DNA of 64,000 nucleotides from the NCBI RefSeq assembly GCF_004010195.1, contig NC_057719.1, positions 46,918,470-46,982,469 of the forward strand, in the 5' to 3' direction. This document shows positions 48,395-61,147 of the stretch, one piece after another (the first letter of the stretch is position 1; each line of letters opens with the position of its first letter). This stretch comes from Chiloscyllium plagiosum. Lineage: Eukaryota. Both the position numbers and the translations under genes were made by a program. Below the pieces are notes generated by a model. It worked only from the letters and a program-made list of their open reading frames with translations, ran no database searches and was not told where the DNA came from.

Positions 48395-49002
48395 AATACA
48401 GCAAACAATTAAGAAAGCTGATAGACTATTAGCTTTTATTACAGGAGGGTTTGATTGTAGGCGTAGCAAAGGTTTGGTTCAGTTGTGCAGGAACTTAGTT
48501 AGCTACATCTGCAGTACTGTGTGCAGTTTTTCTTCATCTCAGGTCAGATATTATTACCATAGAGTGAGTGCAATGAAAATTCACCAGACTTGTTCCTAGG
48601 ATGTCCTTTGAAGACAGATTGAGCAAACTGGGCCTGTACTCTCTAGAGTTTTTAAGAATAAGAGATGATCTCATTGAAACCTGCAAAATACTGAAATGAA
48701 TAGACATTGGGGAGTCTACAACCAGGAACACTGTTACAAATCAAGGAATATCATTTCAGATCAACATGAAGAGAACTTTGTTTTATTCAGAGGGTGGTAA
48801 ATCTTGGGAATTCTCTTTCACATGACTGTGGAAGCTCAGTCTTTGAGCATGTCTGAAGTAGTGGTTGATATTTGTGATTATCAGTGGTGTAATGGGTAAT
48901 GAGGATAGTGTGGGGAAAAGGAATCCATGTGTTCAAATAGCCATGATTGTATTAAATGATACAGCAGGCTTGATGTGCTGAATGGCCTATTCGAGTTCCT
49001 AT
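48395..49002 (+). mobile_element. Decayed CR1 3' fragment
   Basis: ctgcagtactgtgtgcagttt (LQYCVQF) ... ctgaatggcctattcgagttcctatg tail. Confidence 0.75.
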
Positions 49003-49326
49003 GTGACCCACTCCATGGACTGCAGAGGCACAGACCTACTGTCCGGAGTCCTGACATGGCCAATCCCCTGCACTGGTATTAGAGGTTGCCCCTCACTTAC
49101 TGTGCTGGGACCCACTGACTGATGGGTGCCTTCATCAACTTCAATGAGGCCTACTCCCCTCAACCTGCAGGGCATGGTTGGCTGTTTGCTGCACAGCCTC
49201 CTAGTACAAGGAACCCAGGTAACTGTCCCCAACCTGATTCACTGCAGTTCCTGTATTTTTTAATGCACAAACTGATAAACTCTGAGTAAAGCTGTTTGGA
49301 TTTCAAACACTTACTGCAGGCTGTGT

Positions 49327-51855
49327 GTCATAGAGTCATAGAGATGTACCGCATGGAAACAGATCCTTCAGTCCAACTCGTCCATGCCGACCAGATATCC
49401 CAACACAATCTAGTCCCAACTGCCAGCACCCGGCCCATATCCCTCCAAACCCTTCCTATTCATGTACCCATCCAGATGCCTTTTAAATGTTGCAATTGTA
49501 CCAGCCTCCACCACTTCCTCTGGCAGCTCATTCCATACACGTACCACCCTCTGCGTGAAAAAGTTGCCCCTTAGGTCTTTTTTATATCTTTCCCCTCTCA
49601 GCCTAAATCTATACCCTCTAGTTCTGGACTCCCCCACTCCAGGGAAGAGACTTTGTCTATTTATCCTATCCATGCCCCTCATGGGTTTATAAACCTCTAT
49701 AAGTAACCTCTCAGCCTCCGACACTCCAAGGAAAACAGCTCCAGCCTATTCAACCTCTCCCTGTAGCTCAATTCCTTCAACCCTGGCAACATACTTGTAA
49801 ATCTTTTCTGAACCCTTTCAAGTTTCACAGCATCTTTCCTATAGGATGGAGACCAGAATTGCACGCAATATTCCAACAGTGGCCTAACCAATGTCCTGTA
49901 CAACCGCAATGTGACCTCCCAACCCCTGTACTCCATACTCTGACCAATAAAGGAAAGCATACCAAACACCGCCTTCACTATCCTATCTACCTGCAAGTCC
50001 ACTTTCAAAGAGCTGTGAACCTGCACTCCAAGGTCTCTTTGTTCAGCAACACTCTCTAGGACCTTACCATTAAGTGTATAAGTCCTGCTAAGATTTGCTT
50101 TCCCAAAATGCAGTACCTCACATTTACCTGAATTAAACTCCATCTGCCACTTCTCAGCCCATTGGCCCATCTGATGCATCTTCGCTGGCCACTACACCTC
50201 CAATTTTGGGGTCATCTGTAAACTTACTAACTGTACCTCTTATGCTCACATCCAAATCATTTATATAAATGGTGAAAAGTAGTGGCCCCAGCACCGAGCC
50301 TTGTGGTACTCCACTGATCACAGACCTCCAGTCTGAAAAACAACCCTCCACCACCACCCTCTGTCTTCTACCTTTGAGCCAGTTCTGTATCCAAATGGCT
50401 AGTTCTCCCTGTATTCCATGAGATCTAACCTTGCTAATCAGTATCCCATGAGGAATCTTGTTGAACGCCTTACTGAAGTCCATATAGATCACATCTACCT
50501 CTCTGCCCTCATTAATCTTCTTTGTTACTTCTTCAAAAAACTCAATCAAGAGACATGATTTCCCACATGTAAAGCCATGTTGACTATCCCTAATCAGTCC
50601 TTGCCTTTCCAAATACATGTACATCCTGTCCCTCAAGATTCCCTCCAACAACTTGCCCACCACCGATGTCAGGCTCACTGGTCTATAGTTCCCTGGCTTG
50701 TCCTTACCACATTTCTTAAACAGTGGCACCAGGTTAGCCAACCTCCAGTCTTCCGGCACCTCACCTGTGACTATCGATGATACAAATATCTCAGCAAGAG
50801 GCCCAGCAATCACTTCTCTAGCTTCCCACAGAGTTCTAGGGTACACCTCATCAGGTCCTGAGGATTTATCCACTTTTATGTGTTTCAAGACATCCAGCAC
50901 TTCCTCCTCTGTAATAGGGACATTTTTCAAGATGTCACCATCTATTTCCCTACATTCTATATCTTCTATGCCCTTTTCCACAGTAAACACTGATACAAAC
51001 TACTCATTTAGTATTTCCTCCATCTCCTGTGGCTCCACACAAAGGCTGCATTGCTGATCTTTGAGGGGTCTATTCTCTCCCTTTTGTCCTTAGTGTATTT
51101 GTAAAACACCTTTGGATCCTGCTTAACTCTATTTGCCAAAGCTATCTCATATCCCCTTTTTGCCCTTCTGATTTCTCTCTTAGGTCTACTCCTACTGCCT
51201 TTATACTCTTCTAAGGATTCACTCGATCTATCCTGTCTATACTTGACATATTCTTCCTTTTATTTTGACCGAACTTTCAATATCTCTCGTCATCCAGCAT
51301 TCCCTATACCTACCAGCCTTTCCTTTCACCCTAAGAGGAATATACTTTCTCTGGATTCTCTTTATCTCATTTTTGAAGGCTTCCCATTTTCCAGCCTTTA
51401 CCTGTGAACATCTGCTCCCAATCAGCTTTTGAAAGTTCTTGGCCTTTCTCAAATTTAGAACTTCAACTTTTAGATCTGGTCTATCCTTTTCCATCACTAT
51501 TTTAATACTAATAGAATTATGGTCGCTGGCCCCAATATGCTCCCCCACTGACACCTCAGTCACCTGCCCTGCCTTATTTACCACATTTTGCACCTTCTCT
51601 AGTAGGTACAGCCCTATATTGAATCAGAAAATCTTCTTGTATACACTTAACAAATTCCTCTCCATCTAAACCCTTAACACCATGGCAGTCCCAGTCTATG
51701 TTTGGGAAGTTAAAATCCCCTACCATAACCACTCAATTATTCTTACAAATAACTGAGATGTCCTTCCAAGTTTGTTTCTCAATTTCCTTCTGACTATTGG
51801 GGGATCTATAATACAATCCCAGTAAGGTGATCATCCCTTTCTTATTTCTCAGTTG
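49327..51855 (-). mobile_element. Relatively young CR1 ORF2 (~2.5 kb, 5'-truncated)
   Basis: 278-aa and 160-aa minus ORFs with PGNYRPVSLTSVVGKLLE, DVIYMDFSKAFNK, SGVPQGSVLGPLLFTIYINDL, KFTDD and LVRPLLEYCVQFWSP; (atgactct)-type tail at 49327-49345. Confidence 0.95.
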
Positions 51856-52190
51856 CTTGCCATGAATCACACTGGCATCCAGAAGGTGTTCTGGAGTGGT
51901 TCGCAGTCTGAGTCCTCATGTAAGGGAAGTTGCCAGAGTCTGCTATTCGAGTCTAGCTGGTGAAGATTGTACTGTACAAGTTCGACTAGACTATCATCGA
52001 TAGACACTACTGGATTATTCTCACTTTACAGTGCCTTGTTGAAATGTGTTAAATTGACACAGATTCTAATGGGTCCATTCAGTTTTAGGACTGGCATAAT
52101 AGCAAACAGTCATCTCGTCAACTGAATGACTATCAAAATAAAATTCTGCAGGTGAATGGACTCATTCTGAGCTTGAAACTTGTTTATAAG

Positions 52191-52760
52191 TGGGATCTTC
52201 CTGAGTTTGAACAAGCAGAGTGGGATCTTCCTGAGTTTGAACAAGCAGAGGCTTTGCACATTAGCCCTTAATGGGCAGTGTTCACTTTCCCCAGGTCTTT
52301 CAAAAGATTCAGGAATTGGTGTTTCATCTCATTTGCTGGTTCCTGGCTGACAACTGAGTCTGCACAAAGAATGAGGTTGCTGCACATATATTCTTGCTGA
52401 GTGAACATGATTTTTGGTGGATTACCTGCAGTGTTTCAACAACTTACATCAGAACATAAGACCTAAGAGTAGGAATAGGCAATTCAGCCCTTCCAGCATG
52501 CTCCGCCGTTGGATATGATCATGGCTCAACCTCAACGCCATTTTCCTACCTTCTCTCCATGACCGTCCAACCCATTACTAATTAAAAATCTGTCTATCTC
52601 TTCCTTAAATTTACTCAATGCAACCACCACACTCTGGGGGAATGAATTCCATAGACCCTTTGAGAGAAGTAATTTTGCCTCTTCTGAATCTTTTGAAAGA
52701 CCTGGGGAAACTGAACACTGCCCAATAAGGGCTAATGTGCAAAGCCTCTGCTTGTTCAAA
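52191..52760. repeat. Local rearrangement: 30-bp tandem duplication plus 77-bp inverted repeat enclosing a CR1 3' tail (52450-52683)
   Basis: 52191-52220 equals 52221-52250. 52236-52312 is the reverse complement of 52684-52760 with 2 mismatches. Confidence 0.9.
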
Positions 52761-52853
52761 GATGGCTGTCCTTGAGTTCAAAGATGGTTGACCTTGCGTT
52801 CTATGAGTTGGCATTCCAAGTTGCTTTTTCACCAGCTGCTGACTTTCCAGGTT

Positions 52854-52878
52854 GAGAGAGAGAGAGAGAGAGAGAGAG
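52854..52878. repeat. (GA)n microsatellite
   Basis: About 12 GA units. Confidence 0.95.
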
Positions 52879-53859
52879 GCAGCCAGAAAGAATTCTTCTT
52901 ACTTAGAAATGCATTTTTCCTCATTCCTGTTCTGCTGTCCGGGTGCAGTTGTTGACAAGGCTTCGATTGTATATGCTTGAGTCTGTTCATTGCTTTCTTG
53001 AGCTGAGTACTCTAGAACCTTCTATCTCAACATGTAATTTCCACTTTCACACAGAAAACCTTAGTATTGGCTCTCCTTCATTTTTGATCTGGTGAACATT
53101 TTTTATTGAAAGTGTAATAGCTACTTGCTACAAAAGAAATTCTTTCAAAAATTGTTGCAATTGAACAAGAGGTGGTTGGAAAGAGAGGAAGAAGAGGCCA
53201 TAGTTTTCGGATAAGGGGGTAGAGATTTAAAACAGAGATGGGAATCAACTTGTTGATCTGAATTCTTCTGTCTGTTCAGAATAATGTCAATTTTAGATTT
53301 GTTTACTAATGTATCATGAGCTTATCTCAATGTTGGTCAAATGACCATAACTGCCATTTTAGGCTAATATGTATCCTTTATACCATTCTTAGTCAGTGAA
53401 GGTCTCAGACATAAAAATTAGATGATGGAAGTTGACTTTGATCATCAATGTTTATTTTGATCAATAATAACCCATGAAAAACAGAAGAAGTGTAGAGGAG
53501 GATGGTGCTGCCAACCATGTCAAAGGCAGTAGAGAGTTTAAGGAGAAAATGTCACAGAAAATTTGCTCTATTTTAGTGCTGTCTTGTGGGGAAATCTGAT
53601 TGTGACAATTCAAAAGTGGAGCTTTGCAAAAATGAGCATGTATTTAAAAGGCAACAACATGCTCGGTGATTTTTGGATAGGAAAAAGAAGTTAGAATGAA
53701 TGTTAGCTTAAAAAGCATCAAGAATTGAGTATAGTTCATTTCTGAGTAGGTGTGTGATTGCATCAGTTTTAAAATGGAGACAAGCGGAACCAGTAACATT
53801 TTCTGGACCTATCATAACCATGGGCAGGAAGGACAGGACCTACCATCAGAAATATGTGC

Positions 53860-54470
53860 TGAAAATGTGTTGCTGGAAAAGCGCAGCAGGTCAGGCAGCA
53901 TCCAAGGAACAGGAGAATCGACGTTTCGGACATACGCCCTTCTTCAGGAATGAGGAAAGTGTGTCCAGCAGGCTAAGATAAAAGGTAGGGAGGAGGGACT
54001 TGAGGGAGGGGCGTTGGAAATGCGATAGGTGGAGGGAGGTCAAGGTGAGGGTGATAGGCCGGAGTGGGGTGGGGGCGGAGAGGTCAGGAAGAAGATTGCA
54101 GGTTAGGAAGGCGGTGCTGAGTTCGAGGGATTTGACTGAGACAAGGTGGGGGGAGAGGAAATGAGGAAACTGGAGAAATCTGAGTTCATCCCTTGTGGTT
54201 GGAGGGTTCCTAGGCGGAAGATGAGGCGCTCTTCCTCCAACCGTCGTGTTGCCATGGGCTGGCGATGGAGGAGTCCAAGGACCTGCACGTCCTTGGTGGA
54301 GTAGGAGGGGGAGTTAAAGTGTTGGGCTACGGGGTGGTTGGGTTGGTTGGTCCGGGTGTCCCAGAGGTGTTCTCTGAAATGTTCCGCAAGTAGGCGGCCT
54401 GTCTCCCCAATATCGAGGAGGCCACATTGGGTGCAGCAGATGCAATAGATGATGTGTGTGGAGGTGCAGG
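53860..54470 (-). mobile_element. 5'-truncated PLE (GIY-YIG endonuclease C-terminus, 3' terminus, hammerhead motif at 53918-53949), 8-bp TSD aatatgtg
   Basis: Minus strand reads CTSTHIIYCICCTQCGLLDIGETGRLLAEHFREHLW...RRLEEERLIFRLGTLQPQGMN. TSD at 53852-53859 and 54471-54478. Confidence 0.9.
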
Positions 54471-56439
54471 AATATGTGGCACTGTTTGTGAATAGACAAT
54501 CCTATAATTGTAAATAAGTTAATATATTAGAAACAAAATGGGGCGGTGATGTAAAACAGGCACTAGTGAATTTGCTGTCATAGATATGTCGGTGTCATTG
54601 TGGGAGCCCTTTCTTCCAACTGGACTTCCCTATAAAATCATGAATTCATTAATGAAATAGCTGTGTGTAGAGCAGCTGTTCTTGAAACGTCTTTGGATTA
54701 AAACAAACTGTGAATGTTTTTTAAATGATAATCTCATTTTAGAAACCCCTCCAATTATTCATTGTTTAAATTATTATAAAGGCAGCTGTGAAAGTTCTGA
54801 AGCCTAGTGGATCTCTCACAGTCTGAAGAACAGGTGAATGGAGAGCAAGATGGAGCCCTTTAACTCAGCATTCAATTGCAGAATTTGTGAAAAAAAAAAG
54901 CATTAGGTTGGGAAAGATTGTGAAGTAAATACATTGAACTTAATGTAGGAGGTATTGTCTTATGAGCATAATGGATGGACTTTTCTAGCCAGTTGTATCT
55001 GATATTTCAAAACAAAACTGAATTATCTGGCCTTCATCCAGAAAAACTGTTTGTCACTGTGTGATAAAGGAAGTGATCATACCCTTGTGGCTGAATGGGT
55101 GTTTGAGGAATTGAGGCATGTCGACAGAAATTTTAGCTTGCCCATAATTTTCTTCTTCAAAGTAGGTGTGGTGATAAGGGATTCTTTGTTTGGCTCTTAT
55201 CATCACTTTGCTGAGTTAAGGAAAAACAAAATAGATACTGTTCTCAGATACTTAGCCATAACCACACTACAAAGTGGAAAATCTTTATAATTAATTTGGT
55301 CTGTTTTCAAAAGCAGCCTGGTACTTCACTTTGGGAGAGGTATATGTTTTAATTTGCACGCTGTGATCTTTTTTTTACATTGATAATGAGCCATCAATGT
55401 TAGAGTACTGTACTTCAACTGCAGATATCAAGTCCAGAATATTAAGCAGACAAATACATTCACTTCAGATCAAAATGTTCATGGATACTAAGATTCTTTT
55501 TATTTATTCATGGGCGTTGCTAGCAAGGCGAGCATATACTCCCTTTGTTACAAATATCTAATTTATAATTCACATGTTAGATTATAACTTCTAACTTTGC
55601 AATTTTAACTGTAGAAAATAGAGGCATTTTGTCAAAAAACTGGTAGACAACCTTGAAGTTAATGCAATTTAAGTAAGTTTTGAGTTCCTTAGTCTTAAAA
55701 ATTTGGAGACATGTTAATTAGGAGATATTTCCCAAACTATTTATGGAATGACAAAGTTAACAACACACAAATTAAGAAAATTCTCCAGAAACAGGCTCAA
55801 AACAAATTGATTGAAAACATTATGAATAAAGCTTGTTCATTGGAATTCAAAGTGCCAGCTTCATTACAGGAAAGCTAATTACATCTTTAGTATTTTGATA
55901 GGTTGAATGAGAAATGCAAGTTTTATTGAGCGATCAATGAGTTCTATCAATTTTAATTGTTAAAAAAAGAAGATAAAGAAGAAGAACACAAATGTAATTA
56001 CAGTGTTGGATTTAGCACAAAAATACCTCAGATGTGGAAAAAATGTCATGTGAATGATGTCGTGGCAGCCATCTTTGATACTGTTGAAAAACTGTTGAAC
56101 TTTATTGAGCAAACTTCCACCCACAGATGCATTAGACTTTATTCACCCACCTTGGAAAAGGAATATCTTCATTAATCTTTATCAAGATGCTATATTGAAA
56201 TTTTACATTGAAAACAGCATTTATAACAGCAAAAACTTTAACAGCTTTCAGTTTTAGTACAGAACAATTTTTAACAACAAAAATTCAGCAACATTAATCA
56301 ACTAAGTATTCAGTAAGGCAATAAAATGAATGCAATGCCAAGAGATTAAAATCCTAACAATGATCATCTAGATCAAGAAAATATTCTCAATACCTTCAAG
56401 TGGCTATCAACAATCAGATAATGCAACAAAATTCAATGT

Positions 56440-56920
56440 ACCAATCTTTCCTGCAAAAAATTCAATTCAGTCTGTTTGATGGATCAGCAAATTGGCAAAA
56501 ATGGAAAGCACAATTCCTAAGATTTCAAACAGTTTCAAAATTGGACACCACATCAAATGTGGAATAGGCCAGCAGATTTCTCAATTATATGTAAAGAACA
56601 TTCAATCATGTATTGAATAGACAACAGATTGAAGAGAAAAAAATTGCATCTGACTGCCATCTAACAGCTTTTGATATTTTAGTTTTAAATATTTCAAAAT
56701 TTCACTTCATGATCACCAGAGAGATCATACTTCAATAGCAGCCATCAACTCCCAGGAGATTCTGCACTCAGCTTCCTTTAACGACCTGTATATCTGAGTC
56801 AAATAACAATGGAAGCTGAGAAGAGCTCATTTGCTACAAAATCATCAATGGTCTCTTGGAAAAATTAGTTAATGAACTTGCTCAATCAAGAGGAGATTAG
56901 ACTCTAGAATGAACAGCCCA
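56440..56920 (+). mobile_element. Decayed Gypsy/Ty3 gag remnant
   Basis: Manual translation with stops: LFDGSANWQKWKAQFLRFQTVSKLD...*ASRFLNYM...ERSYFNSSHQLPGDSALSFLNDLY...EELICYKIINGL. This fits the Gypsy gag pattern W..W...F.RF...S.L / ER..FN.R.Q.PGES...F..DL / EELIRD.I..G. Confidence 0.6.
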
Positions 56921-57325
56921 AATAGCAGTGCATTCATGGGATGGAATTTTATAGGGGCCTATGAGCAACTTGGACCATGGGGAAAATGTGCCAGCAAAAG
57001 GTGAGAAGTGCAATGAGACCTATCTCAACACCAGGAGCAACTTGAAGCATATGTTAACGACATTTCCGGCTTAGAGGTGAAGTAGCGGCAAGTTGCTTAT
57101 GAAAGGGAAATGACTACTTATTAATGGTTTTATTAACTGAACATCTCACCTCATTAATATGCAGGTTCCTATCTTACTACTAGCTGCAAGCAAAACAGAT
57201 GCCCAGAATTCCTGGGATAGAGACCAAACAGAGTAGGCAACTTCATCTTGACAAAAAGAACTGTGGATGCTAGAAATCTGACACAAAAACAGAACAAAAT
57301 CTGCAGGAGAAACTCAACAATTCTA

Positions 57326-57992
57326 GAACATAGACCATAGAACAGTACAGCATAGTACAGACCCTTCAGCCCTTGATGTTGTGCCGACCTTTTATCCTAC
57401 TCTAAGATCAAGCTAACCTATATACCCTTTATTGTAGTATCTTCAATGTGCCTATCCAAGACTCACTTGAATAACTCAAATGTATCTGACTCTACTACCA
57501 CTGTTGGCAGTGCATTCCACACACCCACCACTCTCTGTGTAAAGAACCTACCTCTGACATGTCCCCTCTATCTTCCTCCAATCACCTTAAAATTAAGTCC
57601 CCTCATGATAGCCATTTCCATCCTGGGAAAAATTCTCTGGCTATCCACTCTATCTGTGCCTCTCATTATCTTGTACACCTCTATCAAGTCACCTCTTATC
57701 CTTCTCTGCTCCAGTGAGAAAAGCCCTAGCTCCTTCAACCTTACTTCACAGAACATGCCCTCCAGTACAGGCAGCATCCTGGTAAATCTCCTCTGCATCC
57801 TCTCTAAAGCTTCCACCTCTTTCCCATAATGAGGCGACCAGAACTGAACACAATATTTCAAGTGTGATCTAACCAGGGATCTATAGAGCTGCAGCATAAC
57901 CTAGCAGTTCTTAAACTCAATCCCCCCGCTAATGAAAGCCAACACAGCATACACCTTATTAACAACTCTATCAACTTGGGTGGCAACTTTGT
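57326..57992 (-). mobile_element. 5'-truncated CR1 3' end, flanked by PLE-type terminal fragments (57250-57325, 58015-58100)
   Basis: ORF MLQLYRSLVRSHLKYCVQFWSPHYGKEVEALERMQRRFTRMLP...RGDLIEVYKIMRG. Confidence 0.92.
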
Positions 57993-58522
57993 CCAGTACC
58001 TTTCTTTAAAACTCTGAAGTTCTGAAGAAGATTCTCTCGACCCGAAACGTCCCCACCTATGCAGCCAGACCTGGGGAGTTTCTCCAGCAATTTCTATTAA
58101 TATCAGCTTGCCCCTAGGACCTCCATGTTGGGCACCAGACGTCATGCTATATGGCACTGGCCAGATCCACCCCATGCCCATGAACATTGGCATCTCACAT
58201 GTGCCAGCCTCAAAGGGGATCTCTGATCCACTTATAGGATACTTGTGCACTTTAATGCTGCACCTCAGGGTGGAATAACAACTATCATTGTAATTCTGCA
58301 GCAAGGATACAAGGATTCATGGACTGGACCAGGCTTCATCTCTGGGCTCTTTGGGTGTTTTCTTAAGGTTCAGTCCCTTTGATCTACTTGGATGCTCACA
58401 GCATCCTTGTCTTAACTTGCCTTTCTTCACTCCAGTCCTCACCCAGAGATACCAAGCTTATAATAACGCAGCCTTGCCGTGCCAGTTAACACAGACACGT
58501 AAACAGGAGGCTTGTTATAACT

Positions 58523-59903
58523 AGGTAAAAACAAGGACTGCAGATGCTGGAAACCAGACTTTAGATTAGAGTGGTGCTGGAAAAGCACAGCAGGTCAGGC
58601 AGCATCCGAGGAGCAGGAAAATCAACGTTTCGGGCAAAAGAATAGAGTGAGGGTGCCTGCAGAGTGGAGAGATAAATGAGAGGGGGGTGGGAGTGGGGAG
58701 AAGATAGCATAAAGTATAATAGGTGAGAGAGGAGGGTGGAGTGGATAGGTGGAAAGGAAGATAGGCAGGTAGCACTGGTCATGGGGATGGTGCTCAGCTG
58801 GAAGTTTGGAGCTGGGGTGAGGTGGGAGAAGGGGAAATGAGGAAACTGGTGAAATCCACATCGATGCCATGGGGTTGAAGTGTTCTGAGGTGGAAGATAA
58901 GGCGTTCTTCCTCCAGGCGTCAGGAGTTGAGGGAATGGTGGTGGAAGAGGCCCAGGACCTGCATGTCCTCGGCAGAGTGGGAGGGGGAGTTGAAATATTG
59001 GGCCACAGGGCAGTGTGGTTGATTGGTGCGGGTGTTCCAGAGATGTTCCCTAAAGCGCTCTGCTAGGAGGCGTCAGTCTCCCCAAAGTAGAGGAGACGGC
59101 ATCGGGAGCAACGGATACAATAAATTATATTGGTGGATGTGCAGGTGAAACTTTGAGGGATGTGGAAGGCTCCTTTAGGCCATGGATGGAGGTGAGGGGG
59201 GAGGTGTGGGCGCAGGTTTTGCAGTGGCAGGGGAAGGTGCCAGGATGGGGGGGTGGGCTGTAGGGGGGCGTGGACCTGACCAGGTAGTCACGGAGGGAAC
59301 GGTCTTTGCGGAAGGTGGAAAGGGGTGGGTAGGGAAATATATCCCTGGTGGTGGGGTCTTTTTGGAGGAGGTGGAAAATGTCCTTGGATGATTTGATTTA
59401 TGCGAAGATTGGTTAGGGTGGAAGGTGTGCACCAGGGGAGTTCTGTCGTTGTTACGGTTGGAGGGGTGGGGTTTGAGGGCGGAGGGGCGAGATGTGGATG
59501 ACATGCGCTGGAGGGCATCTTTAACCATGTGGGGAGGGAAATTGCGGTCTCTAAAGTAGGAGGCCATCTGGTGTGTTCTGTGTTGGAACTAGTCCTCCTG
59601 GGAGCAGATACAGCAGAGGCGGAGGAATTGGGAATACGGGATGGCATTTTTGCAGGAGATGGGTGGGAAGAGGTGTAATTCAGGTAGCTGTGGGAGTCAG
59701 TGCGTTTGTAAAAAATGTCAGTGTCAAGTTGGTCGTCACTGATGGAGATGGAGAGGTCCAGGAAGGGGAGGGAGGTGTCAGAGATGGTCCAGGTAAATTT
59801 AAGGTCGGGGTGGAATGTATTGGTGAAGTTGATGAATTGCTCAACCTTCCTGCTCCTCGGATGCTGCCTGACCTGCTGAGCTTTTCCAGCACCACTCTCA
59901 TCT
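58523..59903 (-). mobile_element. PLE (RT C-terminus + GIY-YIG + 3' end) capped by an inverted copy of its own 3' terminus; TSD aggcttgttata
   Basis: 59710-59845 is the reverse complement of the PLE RT at 40740-40863. ORF MASYFRDRNFPPHMV...PLVHTFHP. 59846-59903 is the reverse complement of ~58562-58620. TSD at 58508-58519 and 59904-59915. Confidence 0.9.
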
Positions 59904-60329
59904 AGGCTTGTTATAGCTGTCAGTAGATCTCAGTTAAGTCAAGGAAGATAGCTTTTACTCAGAGAGCCCCTTCACAGGGCAGCCTCTAATTTCAGTCCAG
60001 GGACTTGTACGTGATCAGTGGGCCATGCAGGGTGGTCACGGTCAAGATTCTCTTCATATAAAGTGTCAGGAACCAAATATCAAACCACCTGTCTTGATTC
60101 TTTCTGTACTTATTTGGGTTCTTTTCCTGCTGGAATGTGTGAAAGTGTGTAATATGGGAGATGAAGGAGGGTGGCACAGCTATTAATTTTGGTGTCAAAT
60201 AGTTGGGGTGAGTGACAGTGAATGAGGGAAGATGTTGCAGGTAATTGTTAGAATGGTAGAGAATGAGCTGTGGTGGAAGGTGGGTACAATATCCAAGATA
60301 GAATGAGGGAAGGTGGTTATACTTATGCT

Positions 60330-60545
60330 GGTAGATTAGAGAAGGACATTGACCTTCTTCCTACATTGCTGGGCTTTCTTCTAGATGGCTGAAATGGTGC
60401 TGATTTTGGTGGCATCATCAGACCAGCATGATATGATCTGATGTTGTGGCTATTACTGCCAGTACTGGGGGACATGGACATCCTGCCTCTGCACCATCTT
60501 GTCCATGAGGAGGGTCAGGCTTCTGCCAGTAATTGCTCCCTATTT
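60330..60545 (-). mobile_element. Decayed Myb/SANT-like ORF, probably a PIF/Harbinger transposon remnant
   Basis: Manual translation SLTLLMDKMVQRQDV...CWSDDATKISTISAI*KKAQQCRKKVNVLL resembles the Harbinger/NAIF1-type Myb domain (L..L...V...W..IA..V......R...QCRKK.NDL). Contains several stops. Confidence 0.5.
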
Positions 60546-60574
60546 GCCATGTCTGGGACAAATATCAGAAGGAG

Positions 60575-61147
60575 AAAGTGAGGTCTGCAGATGCTGGAGA
60601 TCAGAGCTGAAAATGTGTTGCTGGAAAAGCGCAGCAGGTCAGGCAGCATCCAGGGAACAGGAGAATCGACGTTTCGGGCATAAGCCCTTCTTCAGGAATG
60701 AGGAAAGTTTGTCCAGCAGGCTAAGATAAAAGGTAGGGAGGAGGGACTTGGGGGAGGGGCGTCAGAAATGTGATAGGTGGAAAGAGGTCAAAGTGAGGGT
60801 GATAGGTCAGACTGGGGTGGGGGCAGAGAGGTCAGGAAGAAGATTGCAGGTTAGGAAGGCAGTGCTGAGTTCGATGGATTTGACTGAGACAAGGTGGGGG
60901 GAGGGAGAATGAGGAAACTGGTGAAATCCGAGTTCATCCCTGGTGGTTGGAGGGCTCCTAGGCGGAAGATAAGGCGTTCTTCCTCCAACCGTCGTTTCGC
61001 TGTGGTCTGACGATGGAGGAGTCCAAAAACCTGCATATCCTTGGTGGAGTGGGAGGAGAAGTTGAAGTGTTGAGCCACAGGGTGGTGGGGTTGGTTGGTC
61101 CGGGTGTCCCAGAGGTGTTCTCTGAAACGCTCCGCAAGTAGCCGGCA
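60575..61147 (-). mobile_element. 5'-truncated PLE with intact hammerhead motif at 60666-60697
   Basis: RLLAERFREHLWDTRTNQPHHPVAQHFN...RRLEEERLIFRLGALQPPGMN; minus strand tc-CTGAAGA-a-GGGC-ttat-GCCC-GAAAC-GTC-ga. Confidence 0.9.
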
